From positions 1 through 64,000 of IMG/VR virus record IMGVR_UViG_3300021961_000065: a DNA stretch of 64,000 nt. The stretch is one strand, 5' to 3'. The stretch is from a virus. Below the pieces are notes generated by a model. That model had not been told where the DNA came from. It made no database searches and was given only the letters and a program-made list of their open reading frames with translations. The position numbers were made by a program, and so were the translations under genes. Positions 56,801 to 64,000 of the stretch are shown here, piece after piece (positions within the stretch are counted from its first letter, which is position 1; each line of letters starts with the position of its first letter).

Positions 56801-58982
56801 ATTCAATTTGATCAAATAAAGATCTATGTAATGTCACTAAATCAGAACGAGATATATCTTTTAATCCATTAACAAATAAATGATTTAATGTTTCAAATAC
56901 ATAACTTGAGTGAGGTGATTTAGCTATTTTATTAATTTCTTTTACAATAGCACGAGTATTATAGTTTGTTTTTTCTGCTGCTCTTTGATAACCTTGTGAT
57001 AACCAATTATCAAATTGAGCTCCTAAACTCATAATATTATTACTAAATATATCTGCTGCTTTAGCAATACCTTCACTACCAAAGTAAGTTGTTCTAGGAG
57101 CTAACCCTTCAGTGTCGTATACATATAAATCAAGAGGATCAAAAGGTCTATCAAATTCTAAAGTAATACTTAGAGTACGTTCACTACCTTCTAAGTTATT
57201 TTTAAATTCAGCCATATCATTTGCATCTAATACGTCTTTACCTTTACGTTCTTTAAAGTCTTGTAAGTTAAAGAATTTAGATTCTTTCATAAGAGTATCA
57301 GGTGTATACTTTTTACCTGTATCTAAATCTTCAATATAAAGATCTAGTTTACCTCTATTTTTAACAAAGTTTTTTAAATCACCATAGGCAGCTTTACCTT
57401 GATCTATTAAGTCTTGTTTAATTTTATTATAGATACCAATAGCTTCTTGTCGTGAGTAAATCATGTAGCTATCGTCTTTACCAAAACGAGCTTTACCAAA
57501 GATGTTATTTTGTGCTAATGTAAATTTAGATTTATTTAAATGTAATTTACCTTGGCTTTCTGATACAATAGCTTGTAATAAATCAGCATATTGTAAACGT
57601 GCCTCATAGTTTTGAAGAGGATTAAAATAGTTTTCTGTAAATATATTACTAAAATCTTCAGTTAAAGTTCTTAGTTTATGTTCAAGAGAAGGTGTGTTTT
57701 TAATATCAGACGTAAAGTTGTCTGCTTGATTTAATAAAGTATCATGAATAATGTTAAACTTTTGATTATTTAATTTACTTGCTATATTGTTAGTAGGATC
57801 TATAATAGCTGTAAGTGCTAACTCGCCACCTGCTTTAGGGTTTGCTTGTATTACATTATCAAGAGGACTACCATCTGCGATATTTTCAGCACGTCCATTT
57901 TCATAAACACGAATACGTTCACGTACAGTTTTACCTGTTTGTGGATCAAGATATTCTACTGTTGTATATCGTTCATTATATTTACGAGATATAAAGTTTT
58001 TACCACCCTTAGCAAGAGGATAAGCTATTAAAGCAGTTTCAATAATTAAACTACCTTGATCTTTGTTTTTAAAAACACCATATTTAGCCCCTGCTTCAGC
58101 TAAAGTTTGAATACCATCACTAATAGCTGTTTCACCTTTACGAACCATACTATTTCTAAACTCTTCACCAATTCCTACTTTATCAGCATATTGTTCTAGT
58201 GTTAACATATGTGCTGCTCTATGAATAGGATTATTAGCTTCTTTCATTAATACGTCAGCACGTTCAGCTAGTGTTTCCCAAGTAACTTCACCATTATCAA
58301 TAGCATCTTTAGTAGCAAGTGCCCATCTAGCTCCTAAATTACCCATTACTTCAGGTATTTGAGTAAAGAAATTAACTAAAGCACCTGTCTCTGCTGTTGT
58401 TTGTTTACCCCATTGTTTCCAATTAATACTACCATTTTTGTTTTTAGGTATTTCAGAACCAAAGGTCATTTCAGAATTATTAAAGAAATCAATTACATTA
58501 CCTGTTAACTGTTTATCTTCTTGTAAAGATTGATAATCTTTTTTCTCTTTACGAGAATCTACAATCGTTGATAAATGAGCATCTTGATTTTGTTCTTCAA
58601 CATCAAATTTACCACCTGGAAGTGTTGCTATATTTTCAACAAATATATCTTCTTTATCTTGAGGTGTAAAGACTCCTTTATAGTAGTCAGCAATTAATTG
58701 TCGTTTAGTTAGATCATCATATTGAGGATCATCAATAATATCAGCTACGGCTGACTTATAGTTATTAGCTTCTGTTTGTTGTATTTGTGCATCTTTTAAA
58801 TCTCGATCTTCAGTAATACCATTCTTTAAATCTTCAGACATTTTAAAGATGTCTTCAAAATCAGCACTACCATCTAAACCTATAGTATATATAGCTTCTT
58901 CATTAGCCGTAGGCTCATTCATTAGAAGCTGTTTATTTTCAACCTCAGGTACTATAAAGTCTTTAGGTAAAGTAAGTCCCAT
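53829..58982 (-). CDS. Large internal virion protein, copy B (1717 aa)
   Basis: Position and size; patches shared with 10212-15005 (K.PG, GA..FQ, N.TNLT..QR). Confidence 0.65.
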   Translation of the reverse strand: MGLTLPKDFIVPEVENKQLLMNEPTANEEAIYTIGLDGSADFEDIFKMSEDLKNGITEDRDLKDAQIQQTEANNYKSAVADIIDDPQYDDLTKRQLIADYYKGVFTPQDKEDIFVENIATLPGGKFDVEEQNQDAHLSTIVDSRKEKKDYQSLQEDKQLTGNVIDFFNNSEMTFGSEIPKNKNGSINWKQWGKQTTAETGALVNFFTQIPEVMGNLGARWALATKDAIDNGEVTWETLAERADVLMKEANNPIHRAAHMLTLEQYADKVGIGEEFRNSMVRKGETAISDGIQTLAEAGAKYGVFKNKDQGSLIIETALIAYPLAKGGKNFISRKYNERYTTVEYLDPQTGKTVRERIRVYENGRAENIADGSPLDNVIQANPKAGGELALTAIIDPTNNIASKLNNQKFNIIHDTLLNQADNFTSDIKNTPSLEHKLRTLTEDFSNIFTENYFNPLQNYEARLQYADLLQAIVSESQGKLHLNKSKFTLAQNNIFGKARFGKDDSYMIYSRQEAIGIYNKIKQDLIDQGKAAYGDLKNFVKNRGKLDLYIEDLDTGKKYTPDTLMKESKFFNLQDFKERKGKDVLDANDMAEFKNNLEGSERTLSITLEFDRPFDPLDLYVYDTEGLAPRTTYFGSEGIAKAADIFSNNIMSLGAQFDNWLSQGYQRAAEKTNYNTRAIVKEINKIAKSPHSSYVFETLNHLFVNGLKDISRSDLVTLHRSLFDQIESSKRTKLIDDVYTDIQTIKLITKLDYAYTNKLFKEDLVANGFKEALYNKGNLDTMLQPVKTDFPFIKEDIGLIWDFEAKAGTELVFDKVKDGIPYDKYGRQIVQLRFPQQDPFNLNKRIDVYEYGVIDATKFQIDSLPTQVLDKVPGYLPTVHKAVYFIEIEPASLFVNGKFKQQPEVLAQYRQVVGTADTIKDAKAFAKKMEADLPMDLDGNPAYRVVDPRRAENTYNDIKADQEIYVASASSAKARGEYLNRNFKNNNLEDMMTALAKSHRALDRLNLLDPHLRVFEEYFVRTYPEFLKRDAQGDPIFPRSESDIINANVNRNKYRAALNKYKYYEAQQTYLTKGEGLVNEFVNKVYDGFEWVTPNFINKRTNSILRKLDGQQITSLGNKVASTLYIALNVLRQPFVQTTQMVGWMAGNPHTILRDTSMSVLINLRLLAEADKFKGKPAGEAIKQMVHSLLQVTDVPGFRIMKVPEFEAWVEAVNKSGLAQSASLNMMVNELLGDKYNPINPSKLQQTVNVATSPIRGAVGIARTIGFNFAEFQNRLFFANIAMMNKRKLAGKDFNLKDKRTQDDIFYEGWRISGSQTRQGAFNFQKGLTSSLFQFLAVVQKIGNVFFQNNATNLTKFQRGRFFAGQVLAFGATGFYFGKFLMDWLDKQHPDDQLDENTRALIERGLANYVVNELFYQLAQDGEGKRPNIDYSTSVSPVGNSGTPFAFVEFIYNIQDVFTEKGGTFRIPAIQGSQSLFKAFDTFDFYIRTKDITKEDMSSALPRIFEFVSGMSNITKSYVQAESGEILTSFGNSLQLQKTQAELAAQKFGFRTVNENEMYAILSNENKRNERNKQVAEDVYKQMVKIFNSPEVKNSMDTVETATAKMKVVGETLTVLEQGGKFFTKDDMIAIQKQIVAFDRRAARSDIESSILGRVFRSQERETNEFINNVINKLERIDKPSTKKAVEMLKERFNIKQTEPKENENVTVGPVEIQGEQ

Positions 58983-58985
58983 GTA

Positions 58986-59603
58986 TTATCCTACGTTAAA
59001 TGTATCGAAATAGTCACTACTAAAAGTTCTAGAGGCTGTCTTAGGTACTTCAAAAGGATTACCTACTCCAAAATCACGAGCTACATTCATACCTAAAGTA
59101 GATAAGTTTTGATAACCTTGCATTTCCATACCAGTTGTAGCTACTTGAGAAGCATATGTTCCTATTTGTTGAGTTGTTTCACTCATAGAACGTCCTGCCA
59201 TTTCAGCACCTGTTAAGTTAGCTTGTTGATAGGCTTCTTGAGTTAATAAAGAACCAGTAGCTCCACTAGCCACAGAAGTACCAGGAAATGCTACACCACT
59301 TTGTGCTAAGTTTGCTATAATATTAGATCGTTTAAGATACGATTCTCGAGTTAACTGCCTTCGTTGCTTTTGTATATTAGCTTCAGCTACTTTTTGTTTC
59401 TTTTCTTCAAGAATTCTAGCTTGTTCTGCACGTTGTTCTTCTGCTTTTTCTTGTTTTTTACCAAGTCGTCTTTGTTGTATCATTGAATAAGCTGAAGCAA
59501 CATAACCTATAGGTCCTAAATATTTACCTACAATACCTGCTTTATCTGCAAATTTACCTACAGCACTTACAACACTTGTAACAGCATTAACAGCACCACC
59601 CAT
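58986..59603 (-). CDS. Internal virion/pilot protein, copy B
   Basis: Gly/Ala-rich with coiled coil; starts MGGAV. Confidence 0.6.
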   Translation of the reverse strand: MGGAVNAVTSVVSAVGKFADKAGIVGKYLGPIGYVASAYSMIQQRRLGKKQEKAEEQRAEQARILEEKKQKVAEANIQKQRRQLTRESYLKRSNIIANLAQSGVAFPGTSVASGATGSLLTQEAYQQANLTGAEMAGRSMSETTQQIGTYASQVATTGMEMQGYQNLSTLGMNVARDFGVGNPFEVPKTASRTFSSDYFDTFNVG

Positions 59604-59923
59604 TATAATACTCCTTTAACAATATATTGATACTCAGTTCCATGATTAATTTCAGCTAGTTCACCTGTATATTCACCACCAAATAAAGCATTAAACTTTA
59701 TTTCTTTTGGTGTTTTAGATAAACCATATACTTCATTAATCCCTCTTCTTTTTAATACTTTTCTAATAACTTCACCTATTTTACGATAACGTTTATACGT
59801 AGATAATGACCATTCTTTACACTCAATATGAAGTATCCATTTCTTCATATAAGGTTCCCAACTAATGGCTACATAACCATTACCATCTTCTTCATATAAG
59901 ATTGTTTTTGTTGAATCATGCAC
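59603..59923 (-). CDS. Putative GNAT-fold assembly protein, copy B
   Basis: ILYEE.GNGYV, WS..TYKRY, KFN..FG. Confidence 0.45.
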   Translation of the reverse strand: MHDSTKTILYEEDGNGYVAISWEPYMKKWILHIECKEWSLSTYKRYRKIGEVIRKVLKRRGINEVYGLSKTPKEIKFNALFGGEYTGELAEINHGTEYQYIVKGVL

Positions 59924-62213
59924 GATCTAATGTTACTACAGGTGTTGCCCATCCTAATAAAACCATATCTTTACCTGCTTCTGATTCTATCTTTAAACTT
60001 AAGGTTTTACCTGATCCTCTTATTTTATTCTTTGTTACAATAACTTCTTCACCATAATCAAAAGTATCTGTAGGTCCACTTGGTATATAATTTCTTAATA
60101 AACGATAAGCTTGAAATTGTGTACCCCATTTACCACTGTTAGCACTATTTGCCCAATTCCATTGAGCTTGCACTAAACATGATGATTGTTTATCTAATTC
60201 TAAATTACCACCTACTTCTGTATAACCATCTTCTGTTCGTTTTAAATAAAAGAAAATGTAGTTAGCTTGTTTACGTCTCATAATATCATTATATAATTCA
60301 TAGCCAGTTACAAGATAACTTGAATAATCAGCCCCTACATTATCTACTGTATACCAGTCTTTAAATTGTAAACTACTAAATTTAGAAATTGTAAATTGAG
60401 TTCCTTTTATAGTAAGATAACTAAATTGTGAACTTCTATTTAAAGGAGTATCAATAGTTATAACTACAGGATTACTACTACTATCAATAACTGTATTTGT
60501 ATTTACAACAACATTTGTATCTTGTTCTGCAATTACATAACCTGGTATTTGAATATAATCAGCAATATAAGGAGAACCTGTTGCTAAGTCTGCAAATGTA
60601 TTTGTATACCAAGCTTGTAATGTTAAATCATAAATTAATTCTTTATTGTATTTATTTATGTAATTAGTCGTATTATAAACAACATCATTATTATCATTGT
60701 ATAACCAACGTACTCTATTTTCTTTTTCATCATAATAACCTTTACAAAAGTCTTTACCTAATTCAGGAATATCTAAATATAAAGATTGAATTGTTGTTAA
60801 TGATAAAGAAACAGCTTTAAAACGTCCTCCTGCAGCATCAGGAGTAAGCATATAAATACCTGCATTAGACCAATAAAAGAAAGCTCCATTAACAAAAACA
60901 ATAGAGTCAGCATTAAGTACACCATTATCAGATATTTTACCTAACTGAAAAGAGGTTGCATTAAAACCACCTGTATCACCATAAAGTTCCCATACACCAT
61001 TTTCTGCAAAGATTAATAAAGAAGCTTGAGACGGCACAATTTTAATAATCTTGCTACAATCAGGTATTTGTACAGTACCTCCATCAGAAGCTACTACATC
61101 ATTTAAAGCTGAATCTGTTGGATCAGTTTCTTGATGACATTTACCTAATTGGTCATCTGACGTTACTACTTGAGTAAAGAAAATATAACCTGAATAATTA
61201 GGTGATTTAGCATCAGGATCAGTTACATTAGAAACAATACCTGAATAAAAAAGTCGTTGAGCATAAGCAGCAATAGTAGTTAATGATCCTGTTTCTTGAT
61301 CTGTATTAAGACCTGTTACATCTGTATTAGTTTCTCTACTAGAGCCTCTATTAAAAGCATCTATAATAATACGACCTTTAGCTACTTGAAAACGAGAAGT
61401 AGCATTTTTTTCAAGAATAGTAGGATCATACTTTTCATAGTTAGCATCTGTAGCATCACTATTTTTACCTAATACAAAAGCATCAGCATTACTAGGATAA
61501 CCTCCTAAAGCTCCTCGTGTAGCATTAAGAGCATCAGTTGTAGCTACTGTAGGAGTTGCAGGATCATTATCATCATCCCATTGAGTACTAACTGTAACAA
61601 TGTTTTCTGCCCAACCTTGATTTCTAAGATTATATTTATGTTCAATAGATAATGCTGCAGGTCTTTCATCTACATCTAAACCATCCTCAAGTCCCCATAT
61701 ATCACGTACTTTAATATCAATCGTAGTTTGAGTAACAGTATCTGTAGTAGAATTATAAGATAATAAAACAGGTTTTGATAAATCTTCAGATACTAAAATA
61801 CATTTATTATTAATAACAGCAGTTTGTAATTTAGCATTACTTAAATCTGTTACTGTTAAAGCACTACCACCATTTAATAAATTAGCACTAGGATTAGCTG
61901 TAAGTAAATCTACAAACCATAGTTTACCTTCTATTCTAATAATACCAATAGATACAGAACTAGACCCTCCTGGTGTTGTCCAACGATGAAAAGACTGTTT
62001 ACTTTCTTTAATAGTATCTACTGTTAAACCTGTACTATTTAATTGATACAAGTTTTCATAGTCAATACCTAGTCGTCTTGAACGAGAGCCATCTCGATTC
62101 AGAACAAAGTTATTTTCATCAAGAGAAGCATTTTCAGGAAAAGTAAGAGGACTTGCCTCAGTAATTAAACCTTTTGTAAAAGATCTAAATGCCTTTTCAA
62201 TAGCTTTAGCCAC
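59916..62213 (-). CDS. Tail nozzle / tubular protein B, copy B
   Basis: Ortholog of 16146-18395. Confidence 0.75.
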   Translation of the reverse strand: MAKAIEKAFRSFTKGLITEASPLTFPENASLDENNFVLNRDGSRSRRLGIDYENLYQLNSTGLTVDTIKESKQSFHRWTTPGGSSSVSIGIIRIEGKLWFVDLLTANPSANLLNGGSALTVTDLSNAKLQTAVINNKCILVSEDLSKPVLLSYNSTTDTVTQTTIDIKVRDIWGLEDGLDVDERPAALSIEHKYNLRNQGWAENIVTVSTQWDDDNDPATPTVATTDALNATRGALGGYPSNADAFVLGKNSDATDANYEKYDPTILEKNATSRFQVAKGRIIIDAFNRGSSRETNTDVTGLNTDQETGSLTTIAAYAQRLFYSGIVSNVTDPDAKSPNYSGYIFFTQVVTSDDQLGKCHQETDPTDSALNDVVASDGGTVQIPDCSKIIKIVPSQASLLIFAENGVWELYGDTGGFNATSFQLGKISDNGVLNADSIVFVNGAFFYWSNAGIYMLTPDAAGGRFKAVSLSLTTIQSLYLDIPELGKDFCKGYYDEKENRVRWLYNDNNDVVYNTTNYINKYNKELIYDLTLQAWYTNTFADLATGSPYIADYIQIPGYVIAEQDTNVVVNTNTVIDSSSNPVVITIDTPLNRSSQFSYLTIKGTQFTISKFSSLQFKDWYTVDNVGADYSSYLVTGYELYNDIMRRKQANYIFFYLKRTEDGYTEVGGNLELDKQSSCLVQAQWNWANSANSGKWGTQFQAYRLLRNYIPSGPTDTFDYGEEVIVTKNKIRGSGKTLSLKIESEAGKDMVLLGWATPVVTLDRA

Positions 62214-62456
62214 TTAGTCTTCCTTTGTAAGTTCTAGTTTTTCGTTTACTTTTTTAGATTGTTTCTTTTGTTGAGCTGTTAATAAATAGCTACGAGCTGT
62301 TACATCAGCTACTCGTTCTGATGTAAAATGACCCCCTAGTTGTTCAGGTAGTTCACCACCACTACCAAATTGAAACTTAAGATGAGCAGTAGTAGGGCAT
62401 ACAAATAATTGTAATTCTTTACCACCTTCTGTTTCATACGTTCTTATAATTTTCAT
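62214..62456 (-). CDS. Hypothetical protein, copy B
   Basis: Ortholog of 18400-18669. Confidence 0.7.
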   Translation of the reverse strand: MKIIRTYETEGGKELQLFVCPTTAHLKFQFGSGGELPEQLGGHFTSERVADVTARSYLLTAQQKKQSKKVNEKLELTKED

Positions 62457-62457
62457 T

Positions 62458-62697
62458 TTATGTCCTTTGAAGTTTCTTTTTACGATCTTCGTTATCTTTA
62501 CGTAATTGTTCTGTACGTTCTTTAGATTCTTCTACTTGATCTTTCATAGAAGGATGAGTATAGTTACCTTCATCATCTACATTATATTTATTTAAAAACT
62601 CATCTATATCTTTATAGTGAGGTAAGTCAGCCCTTTCTTTTTGAGCATCTTCATATATAGTTGATTCTCTTTTTTGTTTTTTAGGCATAGTGCTCAT
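62458..62697 (-). CDS. Hypothetical charged protein, copy B
   Basis: Positional equivalent of 18684-18920. Confidence 0.55.
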   Translation of the reverse strand: MSTMPKKQKRESTIYEDAQKERADLPHYKDIDEFLNKYNVDDEGNYTHPSMKDQVEESKERTEQLRKDNEDRKKKLQRT

Positions 62698-62699
62698 TA

Positions 62700-62864
62700 T
62701 TAGTAACCTTGTTTTTTAGGTTTAGCCATTTTCTTCATTGGTTTCTTTTTAGGCATAGGTTTCTTTTTCATAGGATGTTTCATAGTTTTTTTACCTTTCT
62801 TAGTTGATTTACCATATTGTTCTTTATGAACAAAGGCTTGAGTGTTGCTCGTTAATTGTGTCAT
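62700..62864 (-). CDS. Small basic protein with MCP-like N-terminus, copy B (54 aa)
   Basis: MTQLTSNTQAFVHKEQYGKSTKKGKKTMKHPMKKKPMPKKKPMKKMAKPKKQGY. Confidence 0.8.
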   Translation of the reverse strand: MTQLTSNTQAFVHKEQYGKSTKKGKKTMKHPMKKKPMPKKKPMKKMAKPKKQGY

Positions 62865-63640
62865 TAGTAGTTAGGCTTTCCTTTAATACCTGGTTTACGA
62901 CCATAGTTTCCAAATGTAATACCATTTTTTAGTCTCCAAGCTTCTTGGCTCATTCTACGTTTTTGAGATATAGAAGCTTGTTCTGCTTTAGGATTAGGCA
63001 TTTGTTTTAAAGTTAAGAAACAATTTGATTTAGCTTCTGCTAATAAATAAGTAAACATTTGTACAGGTAAATCAGGTGTAAAAGAATCTGTTATACTAAA
63101 AGTTACTGATCTTTTACCTTGTGCTTTTGTTTTAGAAGAAGACAATGTAGAGTCTATAACACTATCATAAGAATCAAAAACTAAAGTTTCATCATCAAAA
63201 GATGTAAAATAATTAGGACTTTGGTCATTATAAATATTTAAAGTAATACCTGTAGCATCTGTAACAACAGTTACATCAGAAGCAGAGCTATCTCGTTGAT
63301 CTACAATATACATAAAATCTTCAGGTGTTTTATAAATAATTTCTTTATATTTATCTTTAGTATCAGTTAACTTACGACAATTATATTTAATAAATTTAAG
63401 ATCTATAATATCTTCAGGTAGTCTCATGTGTGTAGGTTTTGTATTATCACCTGAAGCTTGTAACTGAAATAACTCATATAAAAATGGCATATCACGACCA
63501 TCTATAATATTATAGTATGTTGATTTAATTATTTGGGCTACTTGAGTGGCTTCTTGAGTATCATTAATACTATTAATTTCATCAGAATCCATGTCTGACA
63601 TTATGTCTTGTACCATTTCAAGTAGTGTCATTTTAGCCAT
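62864..63640 (-). CDS. Tail adaptor / tubular protein A, copy B
   Basis: Ortholog of 19482-20258. Confidence 0.7.
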   Translation of the reverse strand: MAKMTLLEMVQDIMSDMDSDEINSINDTQEATQVAQIIKSTYYNIIDGRDMPFLYELFQLQASGDNTKPTHMRLPEDIIDLKFIKYNCRKLTDTKDKYKEIIYKTPEDFMYIVDQRDSSASDVTVVTDATGITLNIYNDQSPNYFTSFDDETLVFDSYDSVIDSTLSSSKTKAQGKRSVTFSITDSFTPDLPVQMFTYLLAEAKSNCFLTLKQMPNPKAEQASISQKRRMSQEAWRLKNGITFGNYGRKPGIKGKPNY

Positions 63641-63649
63641 AATTTATTC

Positions 63650-64000
63650 CTAGTCTAAGAAGAGAGCTACTAAACCTGCTTCAGTTGGAGTAATATTCTC
63701 TCCTGAAGAAGTACCATCTCCTCCTACGTGTATTGATAATAATTGACCTGCTGTTGCATTTACAGTGCCTGTAGAAGATAAAGTTAATTTATCAGCACCA
63801 TTAGTAGGTTTAGCTACTGTACTTGTTCGAGTACTTGTTGTACCATCTAAAGCAAATTTAAAGTTATAAACAGATCCTGAAGCTATAGCTGTTGTTGTAA
63901 AGTTAATCCAAAAAGTAATTAAATAGTGACCTGCTTGATTAAGTGTAATAACTCCACTAGCAGGTGTTACAGTAAGAATATCTTCATTACCTGAAGCTGT
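63650..64000 (-). CDS. Virion structural protein, copy B (5'-truncated)
   Basis: Ortholog of 20263-20835, ends EAGLVALFLD. Confidence 0.65.
   Translation of the reverse strand, partial: TASGNEDILTVTPASGVITLNQAGHYLITFWINFTTTAIASGSVYNFKFALDGTTSTRTSTVAKPTNGADKLTLSSTGTVNATAGQLLSIHVGGDGTSSGENITPTEAGLVALFLD

Noticed and set aside
1-64000. Prophage status or recoded genetic code
   Set aside because: No integrase, repressor cassette or host flank seen; genes are intact under the standard code and use all three stop codons

Overview
AT-rich podovirus-type dsDNA phage sequence. It has PolA, primase, helicase, a class II B12-dependent RNR and two convergent genome arms; no RNA polymerase or integrase was seen, and the architecture resembles Zobellviridae/cobaviruses. 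The window is not one genome. It holds about 1.45 units of a ~43.4-44 kb genome, and the two copies (A: 1-20.8 kb; B: 43.8-64 kb) are syntenic but clearly diverged, so two related phages lie head-to-tail. That gives an internal comparative control. Signals missed by the ORF track or not obvious from it: (1) a stand-alone antisense pqqA gene (PQQ precursor peptide MWTKPSATEMRFGFEVTMYVCNK) with its own -10 box, SD and terminator, pointing to a methylotroph (Methylophilaceae-like) host; (2) a 47/54-aa Lys-rich protein in both copies whose N-terminus copies the major capsid protein N-terminus; (3) DNA polymerase split at the same point in both copies, with a homologous mini-gene between in-frame halves; (4) a late-operon cassette of three 2OG-Fe(II) oxygenase domains, a sulfotransferase and an APS-kinase-like protein behind the tail fibre; (5) a candidate +1 frameshift adding a muralytic-like domain to an ejection protein; (6) a GNA-triloop ssDNA-type structure at the divergent intergenic region, followed by ArdC-like and VbhA-like anti-defence genes. 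All family assignments come from motif recognition by eye; no database search was run.
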